A DNA stretch of 64,000 nucleotides from a virus: positions 32,001 through 96,000 of the IMG/VR virus record IMGVR_UViG_3300034152_000478; one strand, 5' to 3'. Under the pieces are notes generated by a model, which worked only from the letters and a program-made list of their open reading frames with translations, had not been told where the DNA came from and ran no database searches. The position numbers were made by a program, and so were the translations under genes. Every line of letters begins with the position of its first letter. Position 1 is the first letter of the stretch. Below, piece after piece: positions 1 through 9,851 of the stretch.

Positions 1-1758
1 CATATACTGGTTGACGAATATGGGCGTCTAATAGTTACTCCTGACTTATCACAGAGTGGCTATGTTTACGCTTATGGTGATACTGGGTATCCTTTAGCAG
101 TTGATGGTGCTGGTCGATTGCTTATTAACCCATCTGGCTTCGAGGCTGCTCTGTCTGGAAACTATTACGCTAAAGACGAGCATCTTGTGCCAGAGTCTGC
201 TGACACATATAATCTTGGAGAGGCAGGCACGCGATTCAATACTCTGTTTGCTCAGTCTGGCAACTTTGCAGCGGGCATGTCAGTGGGCGGACAAGTCTTT
301 GAACATCCCACCCCACACCCAATAGAAGCTGACGCAGCATTATTCAGAAACCTACGCATTCCTGATTACCAGTCTATGGCAAGCAAGACGAGCGCTGAAT
401 ACAACGTAGCTCTTGGCTGGATGGCTCTACAAAAGATCACCAATCCACTGGAAAATGTTGGTGTTGGCTATAAAGCCTTGCAAGAAGTCACAGTCGGCAA
501 CTACAATATCGGCGTTGGCTCAAATGCTGGCAACACTATCGTCAGTGGCGACTATAATACCTGCATAGGTTGGAATGCCGATGTAGATTACCATGACCGT
601 CAAAAAGCTACCGCAATTGGCCATTATGCCACAGCTTCAGGTGATAACCAAATCCGTCTCGGTGATGAATTTTCTGAGGTTCATTGCGAGAATCTTATGG
701 TCCAGCAAAACCTGGTTGTCGCTTCAGGCCGCTTTAGAAATGTTATTCAAGTCGGTCATGGAGCAATGCGCATCTATGACAACGGCAGCATCGGTATCGG
801 TTATGACATTTTTAAGGAAGCAGATAACAACCAGAATGTCGCTATAGGCAATAATGCAATGATCAGAGCTTCTGGTCAATATTCTATAGCCATGGGTGTG
901 TCGGCTTCGCAGAATTTGCCTGCTGGTTCTAACAACAATGTAGCTTTAGGCACTTTTGCGTTACGCAACGATAATCACCATACAATTAGTGAGTCCGTAG
1001 GTATCGGTCCAAGCACATTTCGTCAGATACAAAGCAATGTCTCTTGGGGTATCGCTATTGGAGAAAGTGCTGCTCTTTTTGCAGGAGGCAATAGAAATAT
1101 CGCTATTGGACAAAAGTCTGGCGGCGGTGCTTCTGCTGGCACTACTGGTGATAATTGTATATGTATTGGTACCAATGCAGGTGGCCAAAGCTTGGCAAAT
1201 GAAACTATAGCGATTGGTCGTGAGGCACTGTATTTCCCACCTGATCAATTTAGCGTAAGGAATATAGCGATAGGCTACTACGCGCTACGACAACTCAAAC
1301 ATATGTCTACAAACTGTATAGGCATAGGCTCACAAGTAGGGCGTCTTGCAGGTGGATCTGGAATAATTTTGATTGGCGATAGTGCTGGATTTTGGCAATT
1401 TGGCAATTACAATACTATTATAGGCAATAATGCTTTGCCTACACTTGTACTGACTGGATCAAACAATACTCTTATAGGTGCCGACACAGACTTAAACGAT
1501 GTTTCAATAGAGTATTCAACCGCAATTGGTGCTGGTGCCGTAGCAAGTGGCTCTAATCAGGTTCGTCTTGGCGGCCAAACGGAAGAAGTTCACTGTGAAA
1601 GACTTCAAGTAGAGCGCGACTTCAGGCTTGGTGTTTATACCAGTGGAACTCGACCTTCTGCTGGCGTACCTGGCCGGTTGATATTCAACACAGATGACGG
1701 CAAGATCAACGTCGATGATGGTACCAATTGGACTTGGGCAGACGGCACAGTGATATAA
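1..1758 (+). CDS. Tail fibre/adhesin with YadA-head-like (xAIG/xGIG) repeats; 5'-truncated by the window edge
   Basis: Frame 1 is open from base 1 (HILVDEYGRLIVTPDLSQSGYVYAYGDTGYPLAVDGAGRLLINPSG) and matches the N-terminus of the next gene, so the true start is upstream of the window rather than at 118. Many ~14-aa NVAIG/NIAIG/TAIG repeats; a head-neck unit occurs twice (ATAIG..ASGDNQIRLG..EVHCE and STAIG..ASGSNQVRLG..EVHCE). Confidence 0.75.
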   Translation, partial: HILVDEYGRLIVTPDLSQSGYVYAYGDTGYPLAVDGAGRLLINPSGFEAALSGNYYAKDEHLVPESADTYNLGEAGTRFNTLFAQSGNFAAGMSVGGQVFEHPTPHPIEADAALFRNLRIPDYQSMASKTSAEYNVALGWMALQKITNPLENVGVGYKALQEVTVGNYNIGVGSNAGNTIVSGDYNTCIGWNADVDYHDRQKATAIGHYATASGDNQIRLGDEFSEVHCENLMVQQNLVVASGRFRNVIQVGHGAMRIYDNGSIGIGYDIFKEADNNQNVAIGNNAMIRASGQYSIAMGVSASQNLPAGSNNNVALGTFALRNDNHHTISESVGIGPSTFRQIQSNVSWGIAIGESAALFAGGNRNIAIGQKSGGGASAGTTGDNCICIGTNAGGQSLANETIAIGREALYFPPDQFSVRNIAIGYYALRQLKHMSTNCIGIGSQVGRLAGGSGIILIGDSAGFWQFGNYNTIIGNNALPTLVLTGSNNTLIGADTDLNDVSIEYSTAIGAGAVASGSNQVRLGGQTEEVHCERLQVERDFRLGVYTSGTRPSAGVPGRLIFNTDDGKINVDDGTNWTWADGTVI

Positions 1759-1770
1759 GGGATGTGAATA

Positions 1771-3753
1771 ATGGCATACCATATTTTTGATTATGGCCCA
1801 ACCGGCAGACACATCTTAGTAGATGATGATGGAAGACTCATTGTCAACGGAGATGCTTCGGAAAGTGGGCATATTTATGCATATGGAGACACAGGCTTTC
1901 CGCTGCTTGTAGATGGTGCTGGAAGATTGTTGATCAATCCTTCTGGTCTTGTTGGTTCCGGTGGTGGTGGAGCTGGCGCTGATGCACGATTGGATGCTGT
2001 ACCATGGACCAGTGGCGGCAGACTGGTAGATGGAGATTACGCCAATCGTTGGGTGTGGTTCAAAGGCAGTATGTTTGCTCCTCGACACAACTGGCTTGGG
2101 GCTACTGATGACGGTCTGCTAAAAATCACGCCAAGTGGCAACACATTCGCAACTAAGAAGATTGCTGCTCCCTCTGGCGGTTATCCATGGGTCGTAAAGG
2201 TTGTTGGCGAGAGATTATTTGTTGGCCATGGTGAAGGCAGCGATGGTTATATTTCATACTCTGATGATGGAGAAACTTTGAATTACGCCATTGACATGCC
2301 TGGGACTGCACAAGTTACTGCTCTTGGTGAATATGATGGCCAGTTGATTATTGGTCACAACAAAAATACTGGCACGGAACATCCTATCTATAAACTAAAT
2401 ATTGCAGAAGGTGATCCGCCAACATTTAGCATAGAAGAAGCATTTGACATATATGCTTATGCTGGCAATTGGGGATGGGATTATGGATTAGATGTTTGCG
2501 CCAATAGGGTTTTCACCTTTACGAACATCGGTTCTATTCTCAATGTGTATGACGGCCTACACAATCTTGGAGAATTTTGGCCTGATCCATATGATGCCAC
2601 TGAAACCCGACCAACCGCCCTTGCGATAGAATACAACGGTGAAATCTTCCTGCTTGGTACTAATATCTACAAGTATCAGGAAATGCCAACCGATACTGTC
2701 AACAATCCGCTGGTGCTTGCCAAAGAGACATACGAAGATACCAATGGAACTGTCAATGCATGCGCCGCAGTTTACAACAACAAACTGTGGATCATAGATA
2801 CCGCGCATAATGTATATACATACGACGGACACAATTGGACAGTAGACACCTCAATGAGTGGTGTGGCCAATGGCACGCGTGGCGGCCTTATTCAGGTAGA
2901 TGACAAGCTATATTACTTTACAAGTGACAAAGTCTGGTGGTCTATGCGTGATGCTCTATATGAGCCCAACAACAACGCAGGAGCCAACTCGAAATTCAGG
3001 ACTGCAGGGGTTCGTCACGTCAAAGGCTTGATGGATTATTGTGGCGCGAGATTTCCAACTCAAACAGAAGTTAGGAATGACGTTGGGTCTGGAGTTTTGT
3101 CGCCAGAATACACCTCAGTTCGTTTTATCACGCAATCAACACCTCTCGCCTCTGGCTTAAGTGAGCTTGATGGTCAAGTGTATGGCGAAAAATATGATCT
3201 AATCCCAGACACAACTGACACATACAATATTGGCAGTCAGATTTATGCTTTCAAAGGTCTGCACGCAGCTTCTGGTTTCTTCACGCAAGGTATACGTGTA
3301 GAGGCTTCTGGCGATCAGGCTGCTATCGAGATTCATTCAGATACTGGCACACGAGCCATTGAGATCATCAATGATGGCGACGCGATCTTGCTGGACTTGC
3401 AACAGGCTTCTGGCGCTGCTAACCCAGTTATTAAGATAGAGAATCCGGGCAGTGGTTACGACATTCAGGCTGATAACTGGAATGTAGATTACGACGGCAA
3501 TGCTGATTTTAACAACATTCCCAAGGTGTACCGGACGACTGTTGGTGAAGGCGATTGGAACTTGCCTTCTGGCGGCTACTACTGGGCAGATATAATTCAT
3601 AATCTCGGTCAGCAGTATGTAATAGCTCAGTTCTACGACTTAGACACCAACCAAAGTTCTGGTGTGTCAATTGCGCATGAGCATCGTGACGGTTCCACGC
3701 TTCGTGTCTTCACGACAACTTCAGGAGATATCGGCGCTGTGATTATGGGGTAA
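1771..3753 (+). CDS. Virion fibre/appendage protein with a central beta-propeller-like region
   Basis: 660-aa ORF. Shares an N-terminal module with the upstream gene, carries a 'LIPDTTDTYNIGS' fibre module, and has a C-terminal 'IIHNLG...AQFYD' motif typical of phage fibre tips. Confidence 0.6.
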   Translation: MAYHIFDYGPTGRHILVDDDGRLIVNGDASESGHIYAYGDTGFPLLVDGAGRLLINPSGLVGSGGGGAGADARLDAVPWTSGGRLVDGDYANRWVWFKGSMFAPRHNWLGATDDGLLKITPSGNTFATKKIAAPSGGYPWVVKVVGERLFVGHGEGSDGYISYSDDGETLNYAIDMPGTAQVTALGEYDGQLIIGHNKNTGTEHPIYKLNIAEGDPPTFSIEEAFDIYAYAGNWGWDYGLDVCANRVFTFTNIGSILNVYDGLHNLGEFWPDPYDATETRPTALAIEYNGEIFLLGTNIYKYQEMPTDTVNNPLVLAKETYEDTNGTVNACAAVYNNKLWIIDTAHNVYTYDGHNWTVDTSMSGVANGTRGGLIQVDDKLYYFTSDKVWWSMRDALYEPNNNAGANSKFRTAGVRHVKGLMDYCGARFPTQTEVRNDVGSGVLSPEYTSVRFITQSTPLASGLSELDGQVYGEKYDLIPDTTDTYNIGSQIYAFKGLHAASGFFTQGIRVEASGDQAAIEIHSDTGTRAIEIINDGDAILLDLQQASGAANPVIKIENPGSGYDIQADNWNVDYDGNADFNNIPKVYRTTVGEGDWNLPSGGYYWADIIHNLGQQYVIAQFYDLDTNQSSGVSIAHEHRDGSTLRVFTTTSGDIGAVIMG

Positions 3754-3757
3754 TGGA

Positions 3758-4114
3758 ATGGCTGTAGAATTTTGTGTACGTGCAATTGATGAAGGTGATC
3801 GTAGGCGTGGTGAATTCATTGAGGTACAGGAGCTTCCGCATAAAGGCTGGGGGGCTAACGTATGTCCTCCGCGTTTTCGTTTCATTCAGGTACTTGACAT
3901 GAGCATTGAAGAAGCTCGATCGTTATTAAAGAGACATCACAATGAAATGTCAGGGGAAACTATTTTATGGCGAGTCCGATCTGGCTTGAAAATCAACTTT
4001 ACTAAATTTCCTTCTGCAAAATTATCGTACTTCAACATGAATACGGCTATAAGGTTAACACGGGCGCAGGTTGTTGCTTGCGCCGAAGATGAAATAGCGA
4101 AACTACAGGCGTAA
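3758..4114 (+). CDS. Hypothetical protein
   Basis: 118-aa ORF tightly packed between neighbours (4- and 2-nt gaps). Confidence 0.6.
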   Translation: MAVEFCVRAIDEGDRRRGEFIEVQELPHKGWGANVCPPRFRFIQVLDMSIEEARSLLKRHHNEMSGETILWRVRSGLKINFTKFPSAKLSYFNMNTAIRLTRAQVVACAEDEIAKLQA

Positions 4115-4116
4115 AC

Positions 4117-5163
4117 ATGGCGACACTGGTAAGACGCGTTGATCCAAATGTGGGACCAGGAACAAACTTCCGCACATTAAACCTCTACGAAGAGGCTTAC
4201 GGTGATGTTCCAGGCAACGGGGCGTGTGTAGCCAACACTACTATCGCAGTGGCAGAGCTTGTCAATACTGGCAGTGTGATTGATACCGATAAAGTGAGTT
4301 TTGCTGGCTGGACTTCGACCAATTCGAGCTATTATGTTCGCCTGGTGGTTCCATGGAAATATCGTCACTCTGGCGTTTGGCCAAGCGATAATAAGAAGTA
4401 TGTGTATCGTCTCGATACCAGCGAGCATACTGGTGTAGGTATCGATTGCTACGATCATAACATTCGCGCATTTGGTATGGCTGTCAAATCCAAGGGAGAT
4501 GCTTTTTACTGGAGTTGGCCTTTTGGTGCCACTGTTACCGACTCAATCGTATATGGTTGTGTATTATGGGCAACTGCTGGCCGCTGTGTTGATTTTGGAC
4601 AGCCCGCTAATTCAACCGTGTATGTTGTCAACAACATTATGCACAACTCTCTTTTCGGTATCTACTGCGGCACTGGCGGCTGCATGACATATGTTTTCTA
4701 CAACAACACAATGTATGAGTATTCTTCCTATGCTGTGTATGTTGCAACAACCACCTATACTTGTCATTTACACAACAATCTTGGCTGGAAAGCGGTGCCT
4801 GGCGTCAACGGCACTTTTAGATGTGCTTCTACAGATGCTTCACATAATGCCTATGTTTCTACTTGGGGCGAAGGCTCTAATAGTCTTGACATATCCAGTT
4901 ATTCTCCTGGTCAGATTTTTGCCAAGCCTAACCAATACAATTTCCACTTGGTTCATGATTCTCCTTGTTATGCCAAGGGCAAATCTCTTATAAACGATGA
5001 TGATGGGCTTTTCAATGTGTTAGAGGATATCGATGGAGATAGAAGGCGGTTCTTCTCTATCGGAGCTGACGAGGGGGCCTTTATTCCTCTGATCGGCACT
5101 CCAAATCCAATATTGATTAACAGTAAAAGTAATAGCTCAGTGATCAAGGTAAGGAGAAGGTAG
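4117..5163 (+). CDS. Right-handed parallel beta-helix protein (tail spike/appendage-like)
   Basis: Beta-helix ladder motifs (VYVVNNIM, VFYNNTMY, HLHNNL) and a C-terminal 'NFHL...SPC...DIDGDRR...SIGADE' motif that commonly follows beta-helices. Confidence 0.6.
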   Translation: MATLVRRVDPNVGPGTNFRTLNLYEEAYGDVPGNGACVANTTIAVAELVNTGSVIDTDKVSFAGWTSTNSSYYVRLVVPWKYRHSGVWPSDNKKYVYRLDTSEHTGVGIDCYDHNIRAFGMAVKSKGDAFYWSWPFGATVTDSIVYGCVLWATAGRCVDFGQPANSTVYVVNNIMHNSLFGIYCGTGGCMTYVFYNNTMYEYSSYAVYVATTTYTCHLHNNLGWKAVPGVNGTFRCASTDASHNAYVSTWGEGSNSLDISSYSPGQIFAKPNQYNFHLVHDSPCYAKGKSLINDDDGLFNVLEDIDGDRRRFFSIGADEGAFIPLIGTPNPILINSKSNSSVIKVRRR

Positions 5164-5200
5164 TGGGTTATTACTATCGCATTAATAAGGCTTTCTTGAA

Positions 5201-5216
5201 ACGTATAATTAATTGG
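5201..5216 (+). promoter_or_regulatory. Candidate late-promoter motif ACGTAT-N3-TAAKTRG (copy 1)
   Basis: ACGTATAATTAATTGG in the intergenic gap before the 5327 gene; the same motif occurs at 11424 and 38011. Confidence 0.55.
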
Positions 5217-5326
5217 GGGATCGCAAGATACTCACCCTACGGAAAAGAAATCAACTGGGCTCACCTTGACTGCAGTCATGAGTGAAGACAATATATAACC
5301 ACGACCTAAAAGGAGGTTAAAAAACA

Positions 5327-7225
5327 ATGCCGTACATTTGGAATGATTTCGAGATAGACTACACTAACCGGAGGCTTACACACAAAGCTTCGGGTACAGC
5401 GGTCTATACCGGGAATCAGCTTTACTCATGGTTGCAGGACACCTTTGATGAGCTGGTTCAGATGGACGATGCTGTACCAATGTCTGCTCAGACGCCCACT
5501 GAATACACGTTGATTAATGGCTGGTATATGGACGATGAAAGCTTTAAGTTCATCGATAATGCTGCTATTTCAACTATTGGCTGGAATGCTGGTACGTATG
5601 ATGATGGCGTTCGTATTTTTGAGCTGACAAGCACAGATTACGTCAATGCTACTTCTGGTGACATTGGCAGAGTAGTACTCGGTGGAACAACTGGAGAATC
5701 CGGCGTCCTACTTGCCTATGACAACTCACTAAGAAAGTGGTGGCTACGAGCCAATCCGAGCGGCACCTTCCAGACTCTCGAAGACATCAACGTAGTTGGT
5801 GGCGATGGTTCTGGAACTATGAAGTATGTATCTAAGACTGGTGAAAACCTATGGTCTAACATCTACACCTTGGGTACGTTGGAAGCTGGAACCAATATCT
5901 ACGTGACCCAAAGTGGTGTAAAGCTGGGCTCTTGGTGGCCAGCAGGCCATATTGATGTTCTTGTCAAAGTAAAAGAAGCCGACAAGTTCATTGATTATGG
6001 TAACTTGACCATTTTCGCTCGCCAATACACGAAGACCTACGACCACTTCCCAATCAGCGTAAGAAATGGTGGCCGTAACGCTGTCCCGTTGGCTACTGCA
6101 GCCGACCTAAACAACACCACAGCATCTGGTACTGTCGCAGGATACAACGATATCATCATCGCCCAGGTAAATGGTGAATTGGATTATACCGGCGCAGGCG
6201 GCTGGTTGCGCTGGGAAACAATTACTGGTGCTACATCCAATGCGACAGCTATCGTTTTGGAAGATGAAACGACCGGCAATGTTCTGACACTTGGCAACGT
6301 AAGTGGCGTGTGGCAGAATGGTGAGGTTATCAACGGTGGTACTGGTACAGGCAGCACTGCGAGTACACTGGATGTTGCTGTCACTTATCTCCATATGGAC
6401 TTGAATAACGGTAATGGCGACCGACCATACGATACCCACTGCAAGCTGCAGACACGTCCGTTGACTGAATGGTATGAGTGGATTAAGTTTATCACCAGAC
6501 GAGCTTCTGCGGAACGCTTTTACCAGAATGATGGTTCAGGTCTGTACTGGACAGATGGTGAGCAGTATATTGCTGCTCAGGCAGACTATACTCCGGTCAA
6601 GGCCAGTCCTCTGGGCGGATTTGCCGGTGGCACCTACTTCGGAGCGCAGGGAGTTTGGATCGAGGATTACGATTCAGATGACGCCAAGAATTTCCAGCTC
6701 ATCGATAGCTCCGGTGTTACGCAGACACCACCGAATGTTGTGGTTGTCAAGGTCACCAGTGTTGTGGCAGGTGACAGAGTCGCTGTTTTCGTCCTAACTG
6801 GTGACGGTGGCGAAATTGACAAGAATCAGTATCTTGCTGCTGCTGGCAATAACAATGGTGATCCAGACTTTGTGGTTCAGGGCACAATCACATCTGATAC
6901 GCCACAAGCCGGTTACCTGCGTATTGCGAACAGCTATGGTAGTGATGACTTGTATGAATATTCTTCTTGGACTGGTTCAACCTTCACATTGGATTCAATG
7001 ACGCTAAGTAGAAACTACAGTGCGGGTGAATCCGTCTATATTCCGATTATTGACGTTCAGGCGACTGGAACTGAGGTCTCTAACACGCTGATTTACAGCA
7101 CTGACATTTCTGTGTTGGTGCGTGTGCGTAGATATGGCATTTTGCCGTTCGAAGTTGAGTCCGACATCACAAGTGTTGGTTTGACTGTTGCGGCTATTAG
7201 AACGACAGATACGATTGTATCGTAA
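5327..7225 (+). CDS. Putative abundant virion structural protein
   Basis: 632 aa, acidic and G/T/S-rich, with a strong AGGAGG RBS and an upstream promoter-like motif. Confidence 0.6.
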   Translation: MPYIWNDFEIDYTNRRLTHKASGTAVYTGNQLYSWLQDTFDELVQMDDAVPMSAQTPTEYTLINGWYMDDESFKFIDNAAISTIGWNAGTYDDGVRIFELTSTDYVNATSGDIGRVVLGGTTGESGVLLAYDNSLRKWWLRANPSGTFQTLEDINVVGGDGSGTMKYVSKTGENLWSNIYTLGTLEAGTNIYVTQSGVKLGSWWPAGHIDVLVKVKEADKFIDYGNLTIFARQYTKTYDHFPISVRNGGRNAVPLATAADLNNTTASGTVAGYNDIIIAQVNGELDYTGAGGWLRWETITGATSNATAIVLEDETTGNVLTLGNVSGVWQNGEVINGGTGTGSTASTLDVAVTYLHMDLNNGNGDRPYDTHCKLQTRPLTEWYEWIKFITRRASAERFYQNDGSGLYWTDGEQYIAAQADYTPVKASPLGGFAGGTYFGAQGVWIEDYDSDDAKNFQLIDSSGVTQTPPNVVVVKVTSVVAGDRVAVFVLTGDGGEIDKNQYLAAAGNNNGDPDFVVQGTITSDTPQAGYLRIANSYGSDDLYEYSSWTGSTFTLDSMTLSRNYSAGESVYIPIIDVQATGTEVSNTLIYSTDISVLVRVRRYGILPFEVESDITSVGLTVAAIRTTDTIVS

Positions 7226-7232
7226 CGCAGAT

Positions 7233-7300
7233 AAGTGAAGTTAACGACCACTCAGGCGAGGTTTCAGGAGAGACTTCTCCTGGGTGGTCTAACTCCGCTT
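7233..7300 (+). other. Long imperfect intergenic RNA hairpin (possible processing/stability element)
   Basis: AAGTGAAGTTA-AC-GACCACTCAGG-CG-AGGTTTC [AGGA loop] GAGACTT-CT-CCTGGGTGGTC-TAACTCCGCTT; several G-U pairs and no U-tract. Confidence 0.55.
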
Positions 7301-7341
7301 GAAGTGTCAGCAAGAGGAGAGGCGTGGAAGAGGATCAGTAA

Positions 7342-8112
7342 ATGGCACTGGATGTTAATTTCGACGATTATCTAATATATGTGCCATACCCAAGAACAGA
7401 GGTTGTGGCCCAGGATCTGATCGATGATATCAGATGGGCTGAAACTACAACTTCAGGTATAGCACATCCTAAAATCGCCGATGCGTCTGGTAAAGAAGGT
7501 TTGGCATCAGGTGTCGCGGTGGGCATTACTGTTGAGCTATATGATCCTTGGCAACTTAAGTTTTGGAATGGTAATTATGTAGCGACTATTCGAGATGGCA
7601 ACTTGGTCGGTGGGCTTAGCGGCATACCAGTTGCATACAGTGCTGGCGTACAGGTGCTTATGATTCAGTCCGCTGCCGCAACTATTGTGTCGCCCGAAGG
7701 TTGCAGCGCTTCGAACATTGCTCAAGAAGTTGATAATGTACTTTCTGCGAATCATGGCTCTGGTATATGGGAGGGCGATGGCCTATCCGAAAGTGGCATA
7801 GCACAAGCAGTCGATACCCAGTTGACAGCTACTAAGGGTGGGGCACCATGGACGCAGACACTTACTGAAAGCGGAATTGCCCATCGAGTTTGGCAGGAAG
7901 ATATGTCGTTGCACATGGCCTCTGGAACGGCCGGGGCTTTTGTCAATTTCATTTACAGTATAGAAGGTGGTCGCTGGAAGATCGACCAGACCACCAACCA
8001 GATGGTATTCTACAAAGAAGACAATGTAACCGAAATAGCAAGATTCGACCTGTTCGGAGCAGGCGGCTCTCCAGCGAGCGACGATGTTTATGAACGAAAA
8101 CGTGATTCATGA
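7342..8112 (+). CDS. Putative virion structural protein
   Basis: 256 aa with an internal repeat (IAQEVDNVLSANHG..W / ESGIAQAVDTQLTATKG..W / ESGIAHRVW). Confidence 0.55.
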   Translation: MALDVNFDDYLIYVPYPRTEVVAQDLIDDIRWAETTTSGIAHPKIADASGKEGLASGVAVGITVELYDPWQLKFWNGNYVATIRDGNLVGGLSGIPVAYSAGVQVLMIQSAAATIVSPEGCSASNIAQEVDNVLSANHGSGIWEGDGLSESGIAQAVDTQLTATKGGAPWTQTLTESGIAHRVWQEDMSLHMASGTAGAFVNFIYSIEGGRWKIDQTTNQMVFYKEDNVTEIARFDLFGAGGSPASDDVYERKRDS

Positions 8113-8474
8113 ATATAACGACACGTGGTTATGGAAAGAATAGCAATATTGTTACCAGAGGATATGGTCGTGCAATCCTCGAAGCGATTTATCGTGAGGT
8201 TATCAGACTCACAACCAGTTTCGGTACGGTACTTAAGCAGAATACAAGCTTCTCTATGGCAATGCGGCTGGCGACCGGAGTCGGAAGCAGACTTCGACTC
8301 GTATCCGGTATCGGAGGCATCATGGCACGCGTTAGACTGACGACTTCTTTTAATCAACGTCTAAAAACTTCCAATGTAGTTCAGTTGGGACGTTTGCTAT
8401 TGGATAACATTTTCAAGGTGGCAAGCAGAATCAAATTGTTCTGTAGTTTTGACCTAAGGAGACGAGATGGCTAA
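8109..8474 (+). CDS. Hypothetical basic protein with short repeats
   Basis: ATGA overlap with the upstream stop; NIxTRGYG twice and RLTTSF twice. Confidence 0.55.
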   Translation: MNITTRGYGKNSNIVTRGYGRAILEAIYREVIRLTTSFGTVLKQNTSFSMAMRLATGVGSRLRLVSGIGGIMARVRLTTSFNQRLKTSNVVQLGRLLLDNIFKVASRIKLFCSFDLRRRDG

Positions 8475-8754
8475 TAAACACTATGTCGGTGAAATTGGGA
8501 CTGAGATCCTGATTGAAGCTGATTCAGACATAAGTGCTGCCTCTGGTGTGTGGATGGAAGTAAAGAAACCAGATGGTATTACCATCGAGGAATGGTCTGC
8601 CACCATTGTTAGCGGCATCTACATACAACACATTGTGGAGGCTGGCGACTTTGATCAGGCAGGTGAATATTCAGTACAGCCATATATTGCGATGAGCGGC
8701 TGGGCTGGGTATGGCGAAACTGACACATTCAAAGTACATAAGAAGTTCTGCTAA
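8467..8754 (+). CDS. Small putative virion protein (Ig-like/BppU-N-like)
   Basis: 95 aa, 'VKKPDG...W.A...GDFDQAGEY.VQ' pattern seen in small phage structural proteins; GGAG RBS. Confidence 0.45.
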   Translation: MANKHYVGEIGTEILIEADSDISAASGVWMEVKKPDGITIEEWSATIVSGIYIQHIVEAGDFDQAGEYSVQPYIAMSGWAGYGETDTFKVHKKFC

Positions 8755-8765
8755 GGAGGCCCAAG

Positions 8766-9311
8766 ATGGCTGTTGTGACAGTAGCTGAACTGGTAAGTGA
8801 GATCGCCTTGGACATAGGCGAGACAGAGCTTACAGAAGAGAATCTGCGAGCTTTTGTGCATAAGGCTGTTAATCGCCTAAATCGGAGACTGGAGCTTGTG
8901 GGCTTAACTACAACGCTCTCTGTAGATTCTGATTGTAATATCAATTTCCCTGACAACGCCTTGCGCGATTTGATTGTCTTACAGGCCGAGTGTCTGATTG
9001 CCAAACGCACCCAAATGGAAGCGGTCAACAAAGGTATCCGCATCCGAAGCGGCACAGACGAGGTGGACACTACTGCTGGATTTGGCGGCCTTGAAAGTGT
9101 TACACAGTCTGTTTGCGAAGAATTAGAAGCAGCCTTTAAGGACTATGCTGAGAATGCTGCCAGCGATGCAGTTGTCGAAGGCGGTAAGCTTATTTGGTAC
9201 GGCACACAAAAGACTCATGTTGATCTTGAGCATGATGGCGACTCATACGAACGACGCCGATATAAGAGTCCTATGGATTCTGATTTCGACGGCGGAGAGG
9301 TATTATCATAA
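8766..9311 (+). CDS. Putative head-tail adaptor/neck protein
   Basis: Helical 181-aa protein at the start of the neck-tail gene order; AAGGAGG RBS. Confidence 0.45.
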   Translation: MAVVTVAELVSEIALDIGETELTEENLRAFVHKAVNRLNRRLELVGLTTTLSVDSDCNINFPDNALRDLIVLQAECLIAKRTQMEAVNKGIRIRSGTDEVDTTAGFGGLESVTQSVCEELEAAFKDYAENAASDAVVEGGKLIWYGTQKTHVDLEHDGDSYERRRYKSPMDSDFDGGEVLS

Positions 9312-9850
9312 TGGCTACTGAAAGTCTACCAACTCCAGGAAGATATCTAACGCCTAAACTGAAAGAGCAATACCAGACTGCCATTTCTCAGATTATAGCT
9401 GATCTTGGCAGACCAGTCACGTTGCATCTCGAACCGACAACCAGCGGCTGCCCTAATTGTGAGTATCTGTCGGTTGGGGATCGCAGCGCAGCCACATATG
9501 ATTCAGCAAACCCCTTTGGAGGGCAGCCGTTTAATAGACCGTTCCCTCAGGATACTACCTGCCCTGTTTGTCGTGGGACCCATGAAATCAAAGTCCCACG
9601 TTCATCTATTTGGCATGCCACTATCTTAAAACAGCCTAAAGATTATGACTACTCGACTATGGGTGTTTCTCCAGAAAATGTGGTATTAACCAAAATGGTA
9701 ATAGAAGCGTGGGAGGATGTTAAGACGTGTCTTGGGGCCATAATTGATGGCCTTAAATATGAGCGATTGTCTGAACCTACTAAGATTGGTATGGGAAATG
9801 AACCAGAGGACTTGAAGTTTGTCAACTGCTTCTGGAAAAGAGTAGAATAG
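9311..9850 (+). CDS. Putative head-closure/neck protein with Cys pairs
   Basis: CPNC...CPVCRG; synteny before the tail completion and tube genes. Confidence 0.5.
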   Translation: MATESLPTPGRYLTPKLKEQYQTAISQIIADLGRPVTLHLEPTTSGCPNCEYLSVGDRSAATYDSANPFGGQPFNRPFPQDTTCPVCRGTHEIKVPRSSIWHATILKQPKDYDYSTMGVSPENVVLTKMVIEAWEDVKTCLGAIIDGLKYERLSEPTKIGMGNEPEDLKFVNCFWKRVE

Positions 9851-9851
9851 T

